Assembly: GCA_963825055.1 (NCBI GenBank)
Contig: CAWGSK010000034.1
Coordinates: 64,001 to 128,000, forward strand
DNA from: an uncultured Gemmatimonadales bacterium
Lineage (GTDB): Bacteria > Gemmatimonadota > Gemmatimonadetes > Gemmatimonadales > GWC2-71-9
Direction: 5' to 3'
DNA length: 64,000 bases
Of the stretch, positions 37,444-48,969 are shown in pieces (position 1 is the stretch's first letter; each line of letters starts with the position of its first letter). The notes under the pieces were generated by a model. The model was not told where the DNA came from. It saw nothing but the letters and a program-made list of their open reading frames with translations, and ran no database searches. The position numbers were made by a program, and so were the translations under genes.

Positions 37444-38918
37444 AACGACTCTCCCTGATCATCGCTGCGCTCCTCGCCCTCGGGTCCGCTCGCCTCCCCG
37501 GGCAGGCCCAGCCCATCGCGATCACCCACGTGACCCTCATCGACGCGACCGGCGCCCCGCCGCTGCCGGACCGGACCGTGGTCGTCCGGGACGGCAGGAT
37601 CGTCGCCGTGGAGCCCTCGAGCATCTTCCACGTGCCTGATGGCGCCACCGTGGTGGATGGGACCGGGCGATACCTGATTCCGGGCCTGTGGGACATGCAT
37701 GTGCACATGTCGACGGGATCCCTGCCGCCATATTCGGCCGGGCCGGAGCGCGTTGTCGACAACTGGCGGTATTTCTTCCCGCTGCTCGTCGCACACGGGG
37801 TCACCGGCGTCAGGGACATGTCGGGCGATCTCGACCTGCTCGTCTCCTGGCGGGAGGCCGTGCGCGGGGGTGAGCGGATTGGTCCACGCATGGTGGTAAC
37901 GGGGTGGAAGCTGGGGGATCACCAGCCGGTCGTCGCGGGCGCCCCGTATCCGGTTGAGACCGCCGCGGATGTGGTCGCCTCGGTCCGGCTGCTCAAGCAG
38001 CACGGGGCGGACTTCGTGAAGGTCGACTGGTTCGAACCGTCGCTGTATCCGGCCCTGCAGGATGCCACGCGGCGTGCCGGGTTGCGGTTCGTCGGTCATG
38101 TGTCGCCCGGTATCAACGCCGGTGTGGCGGCGCGGCTGGGCCAGCACAGCATCGAGCACCTCGATGGAATCCAACTCGCCGTCTCGTCCAATGAGGCGGC
38201 CCTTCGGCGGGAGTACGTCGACGGCCCGGGCTGGTGGCGGCGGTACCTCATCCGGATGCACCTCTCCAGCCGGGACCGCTGGCTGCTCGACTGGCAGCGG
38301 CGCCTCAACGGCACGCTGGACACTGCCAGGCTCCGCGCGCTGCTCGGCACGTTCCGGGCGGCCGGCACCTGGGTGGTACCCACCCTCACGGAGCTCCGGG
38401 ACATCAAGTCGCTTCCGGCGCCCGCACCGGACTCCGCCGCCCGGGCGCCCTATACGCCGCCGCCGCGGGCAGTCCGGCAGCAGACCTACTTCGCGCTGGA
38501 CTCAGCCGTAGCATCCGCAACCTTCGCCGAGGAAGTCCGCCTGGTTGGCGCGATACATGAAGCCGGCGTACCGATGCTCGCGGGTACCGACACACCAGGG
38601 CTGCGCCGGCTGCCCGGGTTCAGCCTCGCCGACGAACTGGAACTCCTGGTGCAGGCAGGCTTCACCCCCATGGAGGCGCTCCAGTCGGCCACCGTCGAGC
38701 CGGCCCGCTTCCTTGGCGCCCTCGATTCGATGGGAACCGTCGCGACGGGGAAGGTGGCGGACCTGGTACTGCTCGATGCCGATCCGCTGAAGGACATCGC
38801 CAACGTCGGCTCGGTGCATGCGGTGATCCTGCAGGGGCGGTTGTTCGACCGGAACGCCCTCGACGCCATGCTTGCCGGCGTGCGGACGCTCGTGGAGGGC
38901 TGGCGCGGGGCGCGCTGA
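37440..38918 (+). CDS. Exported amidohydrolase family protein
   Basis: Signal peptide; IPGLWDMHVH, GVTGVRDM, SIEH, AGTD, ALQSAT..PARFLG, GKVADLVLLDADPL.DI. Confidence 0.9.
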   Translation: MKRLSLIIAALLALGSARLPGQAQPIAITHVTLIDATGAPPLPDRTVVVRDGRIVAVEPSSIFHVPDGATVVDGTGRYLIPGLWDMHVHMSTGSLPPYSAGPERVVDNWRYFFPLLVAHGVTGVRDMSGDLDLLVSWREAVRGGERIGPRMVVTGWKLGDHQPVVAGAPYPVETAADVVASVRLLKQHGADFVKVDWFEPSLYPALQDATRRAGLRFVGHVSPGINAGVAARLGQHSIEHLDGIQLAVSSNEAALRREYVDGPGWWRRYLIRMHLSSRDRWLLDWQRRLNGTLDTARLRALLGTFRAAGTWVVPTLTELRDIKSLPAPAPDSAARAPYTPPPRAVRQQTYFALDSAVASATFAEEVRLVGAIHEAGVPMLAGTDTPGLRRLPGFSLADELELLVQAGFTPMEALQSATVEPARFLGALDSMGTVATGKVADLVLLDADPLKDIANVGSVHAVILQGRLFDRNALDAMLAGVRTLVEGWRGAR

Positions 38919-39014
38919 GCGGATAGTGCGGATGAGTTGACAGGAGGCGATGGGTTCCGCATTGTCCCGGAAGTGGTCTCCCCCGTCTCCCGGGGCCCTT
39001 CCGAGGAGGAATCC

Positions 39015-40541
39015 ATGCGTTCCCGTCTCTTCCTTGGAGTCCTGATCGTGGTGGCGCCGGCCGCCCTGCCCGCCCAGGACTCCACTCTGGTCACCGCTGT
39101 CGTCGAGGCCCAGCCCTTCTCCTACAGTACTCCGGAGTGCGGCATCAAGGGCGGCCATTACCGCGTCAACAGCGCGGCTACCTACCTCAAGACCGCCATC
39201 TCGAACGAAGCCAACCGCGGGCGGCTCCTGCACGACGCCCGGAAGGCAATTCTCGACGCGATGCGGGAGAACAACCAGGGTGACAACCCGGCCGCCTGGT
39301 ATTACCTCGGCCGCGTCTCCCTGTACGAGGGAGACGTGATCGGGGCCGACACGGCGCTGGCCCGGGCGGAGGAACTGGCCCCCCAGTGTGTCGACGAGAT
39401 CCGTGGCTTCCGGGAGAGTACGGGACAGGCGCTTCTCCAGGCCGGGAGCGTGGCCATGGAGTCTGACAAGGCCCGCGCCGCCCGGGCATTCCAGCTGGCC
39501 GCCCGTATCAATCCCAGGGACGCCCGGACGTGGTATGTCGTCGGTGGTGCGATCGAGGCCGCCGGGCAGGCGGACAGCGCCATCCCCTATTACAAGAAGG
39601 CGTGGGAGGTCTCGCCCGGCCCCGCCGACCAGTATGGAAAGCTGGGCCTGACCCGGGTTGCGGGGCTGTATGATGCCGCCGGGAACGTCGACAGTGCCGT
39701 CGCCTACTACATGGTCATCGTCGACAAGGTCACGAATGATCGCGACGCGCAGAGCCGGGCCGCGCTTGCCGCAGGCCGCGCCCTCTATGGCGCGCAGCGC
39801 TATCCCGATGCAATCAAGGTCTTCCGTCGGCAGCTCCAGGCCAGTCCGGACGATGCGGATACGAAGCGGTTCCTTGCCATCACCTATGATGCCAATAACC
39901 AGCCGGACAGCGCACAGGCCCTGCGGGCACAACTGGGCATGAGTTCGGGCGTGTCCGCCACGGATACGACCGGAGCAGTGTTCCTCATCAACCGGGGGGC
40001 GCAGAAATACAAGGCGGGCGACAAGGAGGCCGCCGCGGCGGATTTCCAGAAAGGCCTGCAACGCGAGCCTGGAAACCGTACGGCCCTGCGGAACCTGCTC
40101 AGTACCTGGAATGAGTTGAAGAACGGGCAGGGCCTGGTGGAAACAGCGAGCGCACTCCTCGAGCGGGAACCGCTGAGCGAGATGGCCCGCCGGTACCAGA
40201 TCCAGGGCTATATCTACCTGAACGACCGGGACGCCGGGGGCAAGGCGGTGGACGCGCTGGATGCCATGCCCATGACGGTGGACGACATGAAGATGACGTC
40301 CTCCGGTGGTGGGGTGACGCTGGCGGGCGTGGTGAACGGGCGAGACGCGAAGCGCGCGGACAAGACGGCAATTCCGCCCGCCGCCACCTCTCTCGTATTC
40401 GAGTTCCTGAATGCCTCGGGGGAGGTGGTGGCGACGGAGACCGTGTCCATACCGCCCCTGCAGGCCGGCGCCATCCATCCACTGTCGATCACCGCGACCG
40501 GGGCGGGGATCAGCGACTGGCGGTATCGGATCGGGAGCTGA
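39015..40541 (+). CDS. Exported tetratricopeptide-repeat protein with C-terminal beta domain
   Basis: GAGGAGG RBS; signal peptide; repeated AWYYLG/ARTWYVVG/YPDAIKVF..LQASPDD TPR-like helices. Confidence 0.8.
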   Translation: MRSRLFLGVLIVVAPAALPAQDSTLVTAVVEAQPFSYSTPECGIKGGHYRVNSAATYLKTAISNEANRGRLLHDARKAILDAMRENNQGDNPAAWYYLGRVSLYEGDVIGADTALARAEELAPQCVDEIRGFRESTGQALLQAGSVAMESDKARAARAFQLAARINPRDARTWYVVGGAIEAAGQADSAIPYYKKAWEVSPGPADQYGKLGLTRVAGLYDAAGNVDSAVAYYMVIVDKVTNDRDAQSRAALAAGRALYGAQRYPDAIKVFRRQLQASPDDADTKRFLAITYDANNQPDSAQALRAQLGMSSGVSATDTTGAVFLINRGAQKYKAGDKEAAAADFQKGLQREPGNRTALRNLLSTWNELKNGQGLVETASALLEREPLSEMARRYQIQGYIYLNDRDAGGKAVDALDAMPMTVDDMKMTSSGGGVTLAGVVNGRDAKRADKTAIPPAATSLVFEFLNASGEVVATETVSIPPLQAGAIHPLSITATGAGISDWRYRIGS

Positions 40542-40546
40542 CCGGG

Positions 40547-41515
40547 CTAGAACCGGTTGAGGACGACATCCTCCGGCGCGTAGCCGACGCCGAGGATGAG
40601 GTCACGCATCTGGTATCCGTTGGCCGTCACCCGGACGGTCTGGGTCCGGCAGTTGTCCACCAGCGACGCGTCGAACTCGAGCCGGTAGGTTCCGTTGCCG
40701 TCGGTGAAGGTGGACCACGGCGTGCCGAGGACCTGCAGGAATGCGTTGGCCACCGGTGTCCTGTGGTCTGACCGGAGTACCCGTCCCGTTGCCACGCCCA
40801 TCTCCACCGCCTCCCCGTCCCGTCGAGGCGGGCGCGGGGTCATCCGGCAGTCGTTCCGCTCCGCCTCGTAGTTCCGCGCCAGTTCCGCCGCCGACCCGAT
40901 CCCGAGCCGGGCGCCGCCGAGGTTGCCCGCTCGAACCCCCGGGCTCCCGAAGAGTCGCCGTGCCTCGGACTCCAGGGTGGGCACCGCGGACCGGGGGGCG
41001 GGAGTGCCCGATGCCGTGGTGGCGGTTTCCCCGGGCGAGGCCGGCTCGGGACTCTCGCCCTTCGGTGGTGACAGCGCGGCCTCTCCGGGGGCACTCGGCG
41101 CGTCTTCGGTGACCCGGGGAGCGCGGCTTGCCCGGTTCTCCGGCGCCTGCACGGCGTCCGGGGCCGGGGGCCGGCTGGGAGGAAGCGGTTCCGGCGCAGT
41201 CGTGCGAGGCGCGGGCGGGATGTAGATCATCGAGACTTCACGCGGTTCGGCCGGGGCCGCCCCGGCCGCAGACGGGGCGGCCCGCGTTTCCGGCTCATGG
41301 CGAAAAGCCAGGAGAATGAGCACCACGAGCGCCGTGTGGAGGAGGAAACTCACTGCCGGACCGATCCATTCGTGGCGTCCGCGTACGGGAAAAACGCCGA
41401 TACCCCCGACAGCCGGCCGGGCCGGTGAACGGGGGTCGAATGTCCGGAATCCTGGTGGTGATCTCTTCCGCAATACCACTCCGTGAACTGCAGAGTGCCT
41501 CGTCGCACCCTCCAT
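40547..41515 (-). CDS. Single-TM Pro-rich (TonB-like stalk) protein with C-terminal carboxypeptidase-regulatory-like Ig domain; start uncertain
   Basis: SFLLH TM motif, Pro/Ala-rich linker, GRVL...PVANAFLQV.GT...TDGNGTYRL...V.ANGY. Confidence 0.65.
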   Translation of the reverse strand: MEGATRHSAVHGVVLRKRSPPGFRTFDPRSPARPAVGGIGVFPVRGRHEWIGPAVSFLLHTALVVLILLAFRHEPETRAAPSAAGAAPAEPREVSMIYIPPAPRTTAPEPLPPSRPPAPDAVQAPENRASRAPRVTEDAPSAPGEAALSPPKGESPEPASPGETATTASGTPAPRSAVPTLESEARRLFGSPGVRAGNLGGARLGIGSAAELARNYEAERNDCRMTPRPPRRDGEAVEMGVATGRVLRSDHRTPVANAFLQVLGTPWSTFTDGNGTYRLEFDASLVDNCRTQTVRVTANGYQMRDLILGVGYAPEDVVLNRF

Positions 41516-41645
41516 GACTACGTTTCAGGGGCGCGAGCCGTTGGCCGCCTTCGGACCCACATTACGAAGAATGTGTCCCTCGTATCCCCGCGGGTACCCC
41601 ACCGCCCGAATCCGCCCGGCCCAGGCGCCGCCCCAGGGAGTTCCC

Positions 41646-42287
41646 ATGAGACCATTGACCCTGCTGGCCGTTCTCGCCGTCCTGTCGCCCTCGACGGGCC
41701 TGGGCCAGCATCGTATCCGTGCCGGCCTCGGCGTCAGTCTCGACCTCAATACGACCGGAAACCTGGAATTGTTCAGTTCCGCCGCCCCCACGGGACGTTC
41801 CGCGGTGCTCCACTTTCCGATTGAGGTGGGCTCACGCCTCCGGGCCGAGCCGACCCTGGGCTATTTCCGGACCACCGAGGAAACCAGCGACGACGTCGGC
41901 AGCACTTCGGATGCCTTCTCCATCTGGCGGGTTGGGCTCGGCCTGCTGTACCAGTTCCCCATGGATTCCTCAGTCCGCCTTTTCGTCGGCCCCAGGGCCG
42001 GCTTCCGCCGGCTGCGGAGGGATCGCGAGACGTTCTTCGGGGGTGCCGAGCGATTCATCGTCACGAGAACGGACTGGTACGTGACCGCGGCCGGGGGGGG
42101 CGAATATTTCCTCGCGGACCGCTTCAGCCTGGGGGGTGAGGCGCAGTTGACCTGGACCAGTTTCGGCAATGCGGACTTCTCGGTCGACCCGGCGCCGCCG
42201 ACGCCGCTGCCGGCGCAGCGGACGGGAGGCAGCGAGATGGAAACCAACGGCCTGATTACGGTGCGCTGGTATTTCGCGGGTCGGTAG
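41646..42287 (+). CDS. Outer-membrane beta-barrel protein
   Basis: GGGAG RBS; signal peptide; amphipathic strands, GGEYFLADRFSLGGEA, ends TVRWYF. Confidence 0.75.
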   Translation: MRPLTLLAVLAVLSPSTGLGQHRIRAGLGVSLDLNTTGNLELFSSAAPTGRSAVLHFPIEVGSRLRAEPTLGYFRTTEETSDDVGSTSDAFSIWRVGLGLLYQFPMDSSVRLFVGPRAGFRRLRRDRETFFGGAERFIVTRTDWYVTAAGGGEYFLADRFSLGGEAQLTWTSFGNADFSVDPAPPTPLPAQRTGGSEMETNGLITVRWYFAGR

Positions 42288-43662
42288 CCGGTGTGGGATG
42301 TGTCTGGTCGAAATCAATGACCAGACGCGACAGGTCACGCCCGAAGCGGTGTCGGATGCGCAGGAGGAGCAGGATGGCCACCGTGCCGAGGCCCGCCACC
42401 AGGCCGTACCAGAGGCCGACGGCCCCGAGCGGCGTGCGGAAGCCGAGGAGGAGGCAGAGCGGCATCATCAGGATCCAGAAACCGACAACGTTGATCACCA
42501 TCGGGATCCGGGTGTCGCCGGCACCGCGGAGGATGCCGGCGGAGACCACCTGGAGGCCGTCAAACACCTGGAAGATCCCGGCGATCGGGATGAGCGCGGA
42601 TGCCAGGGCCAGTACCGCGGGCTGGCTCGTATAGACCTTCGCCAGTTCCGACGGAATCGCGATGAACATCAGCGCACTCAGCATCATGAATCCGGTGCCA
42701 CACGCCAGCGCCGCGCCGGCGAAACGCCGGGCCCCCTCCGGGTCGTGCCGTCCGATCGCGTTCCCGACCAGCACGGCCGCCGCGGCCCCGATCCCGAGCG
42801 GTACCATGAAGGTGAACGAGGCGAGGTTGAGCGCGACCTGGTGCCCGGCGAGTTGCTCCGTGCCCAGCCACCCCATCAGCAGGCCGATGATGGCAAACGC
42901 CCCGTACTCCAGCTGGAGCTGCACGCCGATCGGCGCGCCCAGCACGAGCATCCGCCAGAGCGGGGCGGGCTCGAGCACCCGGGGGCGGAACCGGGTGAGG
43001 TGGGCCCGCAGGCTCGGCCACCCGGTGGCCAGCATGCCCAGCGCCATGAACCAGCGGCTGATCGTCGTGGCCCACGCGGCGCCTTCCGCCCCTCCCGCCG
43101 GGAAGCCGAGGTGGCCGAACACGAGCGCCCAGTCCAGGCCGGCGTTGACCAGGTTGGAGGCGATGATCGTGAGGACGATCGGCCGCATGCGGTGCTCAGC
43201 CTGCAGGGTCTGCCGCAGGACGAGGAAGGCCAGGAACGGGAAGATGCCCGGGATGCAGATGCGGTCGTAGAGCGCCGCGATCGGCACCACCTCCGGAGGC
43301 TGGGCAAGCCAGCGCAGCACCGGGCCGGCGGGGAGCATGAGGGCGGTGGCGGGGATGGTCAGGAGCAGGGCGAGCAGGAGGCCGCGCTGGAGGCCGCGGC
43401 TCACGCCGAGCTCGTCGTTGGCACCCACTGCCTGGGCGATGACGGGATCAAGCGCCATGACGACGCCCATGCCGAATACCGATGCCCCGAAGAAGTACAG
43501 GTTTCCCAGTGCCACCGCGGCGAGAGCGACGCCCGAGACGTGGCCGACCATGACCGTATCCACGACGCCCATCGCCATCATGCCGACCTGCACGAAGGCC
43601 ACAGGCGCCGCCAGCTTGACGGTGCGTCGCAGGTCCTCGAGGTTCGGGATGAAAGGGCGCAT
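42256..43662 (-). CDS. MATE family efflux transporter (NorM-like)
   Basis: MGVVDTVMVG, LDPVIAQAVGA, GAAWAT, LAGHQVALN, FQVFDGLQVV..GILRGAGDT. Confidence 0.93.
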   Translation of the reverse strand: MRPFIPNLEDLRRTVKLAAPVAFVQVGMMAMGVVDTVMVGHVSGVALAAVALGNLYFFGASVFGMGVVMALDPVIAQAVGANDELGVSRGLQRGLLLALLLTIPATALMLPAGPVLRWLAQPPEVVPIAALYDRICIPGIFPFLAFLVLRQTLQAEHRMRPIVLTIIASNLVNAGLDWALVFGHLGFPAGGAEGAAWATTISRWFMALGMLATGWPSLRAHLTRFRPRVLEPAPLWRMLVLGAPIGVQLQLEYGAFAIIGLLMGWLGTEQLAGHQVALNLASFTFMVPLGIGAAAAVLVGNAIGRHDPEGARRFAGAALACGTGFMMLSALMFIAIPSELAKVYTSQPAVLALASALIPIAGIFQVFDGLQVVSAGILRGAGDTRIPMVINVVGFWILMMPLCLLLGFRTPLGAVGLWYGLVAGLGTVAILLLLRIRHRFGRDLSRLVIDFDQTHPTPATDPRNTSAP

Positions 43663-43667
43663 AGGTG

Positions 43668-43718
43668 AGGGCGGACAGGGCGGACAGGGCGGACAGGGCG
43701 GTCGATAATAGGGCGGTC
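43668..43718 (-). repeat. Tandem 9-mer GTCCGCCCT/GACCGCCCT (4 contiguous plus 1) directly before the MATE start
   Basis: Plus strand AGGGCGGAC x3, AGGGCGGTC, gataat, AGGGCGGTC. Confidence 0.85.
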
Positions 43719-43780
43719 GGAGGGAATAGTGAATAGTGACTGGTGATTCGTGGTTAGTGCCTGGGCGGAGAGTACCTTCG

Positions 43781-43836
43781 CGATACCCGATACCCGATAC
43801 CCGATACCCGATACCCGATACCCGATACCCGATACC
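43781..43836 (+). repeat. Perfect 7-mer tandem (CGATACC)x8, preceded by degenerate GTGAATA-type 7-mers
   Basis: Eight exact units ending 11 nt before the amidase ATG. Confidence 0.95.
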
Positions 43837-45429
43837 CCGAGCTCCCCATGTCCACGCTCCCCCGCCGCGACTTCCTCCAGCTCACCGCTGCCATCGGCGC
43901 GGCGGCGGCGATGCCCGCAGTCCGTCGGCCCATCCGCCGGCCCGATGCAGGGTTCGATGAGGTCTCCGTCCGCGAGTTCCAGCGGCGGATGGCCGCCGGC
44001 GAGCTGACCTCGGCTGCCCTGACCGCGCACTACCTGCAGCGGATCTCGGCGCTCGATCGTACCGGCCCGGCGCTCCACAGTGTCCTCGAGGTCAATCCCG
44101 ACGCGGCGTCGCTCGCGCGCGCGCTGGACCGGGAGCGCGCGGCAGGGAAGGTGCGTGGGCCCATGCATGGGATTCCGGTACTGATCAAGGACAACATTGA
44201 CACCGGGGACCGGATGCAGACCACGGCCGGGTCGTTTGCCCTCGACGGGCATCCTGCTCGCGCCGATGCGTCGCTCGTGGCCCGTCTCCGCGAGGCCGGG
44301 GCGGTCATCCTGGGCAAGACCAATCTCAGTGAATGGGCCAATTTCCGCTCCAGCCACTCCAGCAGTGGATGGAGCGGGCGCGGTGGCCAGTGCCGGAACC
44401 CCTACGTGCTCGACCGGAATCCCTGCGGTTCCAGCAGCGGATCGGGGGTGGCCGTGTCCGCCAACCTCTGTGCCGTCGCCGTGGGGACGGAGACGGACGG
44501 GTCTGTCGTGTGCCCGGCGAACGCCAACGGGATCGTCGGCATCAAGCCGACTGTCGGATGGGTAAGCCGCACCGGCGTCATTCCGATCAGCCACAGCCAG
44601 GACACCGCGGGCCCCATGGCGCGCACGGTGGCCGATGCCGCGCTGCTGATCATGGCAATGGCGGGCGGTGACCCCGGGGATCCCGCCACCCGCGAGGCCC
44701 CCGGGCCGATGCCGGACCTCGCGGCCTCCCTCGACCCGCGCGGCCTGACGGGATTGCGGATCGGCGTGGTGCGCCAGGCCTTCGGCTTCGACGACCGGGT
44801 CGACACCATCATGGAGCAGGCGCTCAGGGTCCTGAGTGGCGGCGGCGCCACGCTGGTGGACCCGGTGGAAATGCCGACCTGGGAAAAAGCGGGAGACGAC
44901 GAGTACCAGGTCCTGCTCTACGAGTTCAAGGCCGACCTGAACGCCTACCTGGCGCGGCGCGGTCATCCCGGCGCGCGCACCCTCGGCGACCTCATCAGTT
45001 TCAACGAGGCCAACACTGGTCGTGAAATGCCATGGTTCGGCCAGGAGATTTTCCTCGAGGCCAACGCGAAGGGTCCGTTGAGCGAGGAGGCGTATCGGAC
45101 CGCCCGGGCGAACTGCGTCCGGCTGACCCGGGTCGAGGGGATCGATGCCGCCCTCCGGCAGCACAGCCTCGACCTGCTGGTGGCCCCGACGGGCGGTCCG
45201 GCCTGGGTGACCGACCTGGTCAACGGAGATCATTTTTCCGGAGGGAGTTCTTCCATGCCCGCGATCTCCGGGTACCCGGCGATCACGGTGCCGGCGGGGA
45301 TGATCCATGGGCTGCCCGTGGGCTTGTCGTTCTTCGGGGCGGCCTGGAGCGAGCCGGTGCTGGTGAAGGCGGCCTATGGGTTCGAGCAGGCGTCCCGGGC
45401 CCGGCGGGTGCCGGAGTTCCGCGGGATGG

Positions 45430-47235
<1,806 letters not shown>

Positions 47236-47249
47236 GTTGTCATGGGATA

Positions 47250-47323
47250 TGGGCCCGACAGGATTCGAACCTGTGACCTCTTGCTCCGGAGGCAAGCGCT
47301 CTATCCAACTGAGCTACGGACCC
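47250..47323 (-). tRNA. tRNA-Arg (anticodon CCG)
   Basis: GGGTCCGTAGCTCAGTTGGATAGAGCG CTTGC-CTCCGGA-GCAAG AGGTCACAGGTTCGAATCCTGTCGGGCCCA. Confidence 0.95.
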
Positions 47324-47479
47324 TTGCGGGGGGTGGAATGTCGCCACGGCCGGGGGTGGAGTCAACTCTGCCCCACCGGGGGCGCGCGGTACATCCGCCT
47401 TCCTCAGAACTTCAGACTTTCCTCAGGATCGTTCTCCTATCCTGCGGGCATGACGACGCGTCCCCTGTGGGAGGTTCCT

Positions 47480-47881
47480 ATGAAAGTCGCCGATGTGATG
47501 CAGTCCCGGGTGATCTCGGTGGCGCACGACGCCACCCTGGCCGATGCGGTGGTCACACTTGCGGAGGCCCACGTCAGCGGCCTGCCAGTGATCGACCGTC
47601 ATGACCGGCTCGTCGGGGTACTCTCGTCGAGTGACGTGATGGCGGCGCTTGCGGACGACCACGGGCTCGGCCGGGGCCGGGATTACCTCAATGAGACGAC
47701 GGTGCGGGAAGTCATGACCCCGCGACCCGCCACGATCCTGGCCGACGTCGACCTCCGTGAGGCGGCCCAGCAGATGCTGTACCTCGGTGTCCACCGGCTA
47801 TTCGTGGAAGAGGGAGGGGAACTGGCGGGGGTGGTCTCCCAGACGGACATCGTCAGCGCGGTGGCGACCGGCAGGGCCTGA
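47480..47881 (+). CDS. CBS-domain pair protein
   Basis: GGAGG RBS; MKVADVM, VSGLPVID...LVGVLS.SD, VREVMT, LAGVVSQTDI. Confidence 0.9.
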   Translation: MKVADVMQSRVISVAHDATLADAVVTLAEAHVSGLPVIDRHDRLVGVLSSSDVMAALADDHGLGRGRDYLNETTVREVMTPRPATILADVDLREAAQQMLYLGVHRLFVEEGGELAGVVSQTDIVSAVATGRA

Positions 47882-47927
47882 CATTATATCCTCCGGGGTC
47901 GGCAGCATCTCCTTCCCCGGAGGTTCG

Positions 47928-48600
47928 GTGCGCTCCTCCCTGCGGCAGGCAACCGTCTGCCTGCTCCTTCTCCTTCCGTTGTTTTCAGGATCCAGGGCCC
48001 AGGCCGCGGATCCCGAAGGACCTTCGGGCTACGGGCTTCTCGCGCTCGATGTCCGGGCCCGCCAGGCCATCCAGGCACACCGGACTCCCGCGGGCAACAC
48101 CGTCTCCAGGATATTCCGGGAATACGGCGAGGCGCCGGTCTATGTCACGGTCGTTGTGCTGCTCCTCGCGTCCGGCCGTGTCCTGCGGCGCCGGCGGTTG
48201 ACGCAGGCTGGCCTCCGGCTCGCGGGCGCGCTCCTGCTCGCGGGTCTCATCGCCAATACGGGGAAAGTGGCGCTGGGCCGGGAGCGGCCCTCCCGCTCCG
48301 AGGCGCCTGACGTTTTCCGGCTGTGGAGCAGCCGGGGCTCGTTCCCGTCCGGTCACACCGCTGTGGCGTTTGTGCTGAGCGGGTCGCTGGCCGCGGAGCT
48401 CGCCAATCCGGTCGTCGGCGCGGGACTGTACCTGGTGGCCGCCGGCACGGGCTGGTCGCGCATGAACGACAACGCGCACTGGCTGACGGATGTGGTGGCG
48501 GGGGCGCTGGCGGGGATCCTGTCCGTGATGATCGTGCGGCGGCGCTGGCCCGGGCTCGTCGTGTGCCGGTCGCTCCGGAGGAGCTTCCGGCGGCGGGGTT
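47928..48600 (+). CDS. PAP2-family membrane phosphatase; true 3' end lost in garbled sequence
   Basis: KVALGRERP, SFPSGH, SRMNDNAHWLTDV motifs. Confidence 0.85.
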
Positions 48601-48965
48601 GTGAGTGTGATTATAGTGTGGTGATGTGGGTGTTGTGGGTTTGTATTTTGATTATTTGTGTTATTGGTTGGATATATATGATATTGTTTTTGTGGTGTTT
48701 TGTTAGTGTAGTATGGAGTTTGTTTTTTTTTTTTTTTTTGTTTTGTGTGTTATTTGTTTGTTTTTTTGTTTTGTTGTTGTATTTGTTTGTTTTGTTTTGT
48801 GTTTTTTGTGTGTTTGTTTTTTTTTTTTTTGTGTTTTTGTTTTGTTTTTGTTTGTTGTTTTTAGTTTTTTTTTTTTTTTTTTGTGTTTTTGTTTGTTTTG
48901 TTTTTTTTTTTTGTGTTGTTTTTTGTTTTGTTTTTTTTTTTTTTTTGTTTTGTGTAGTCTTCTAT
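48600..48965. other. Low-complexity T/G-only stretch (probable base-calling artefact)
   Basis: Essentially no C; T runs; interrupts the 3' ends of PAP2 and cusA. Confidence 0.85.
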
Positions 48966-48969
48966 TCTT

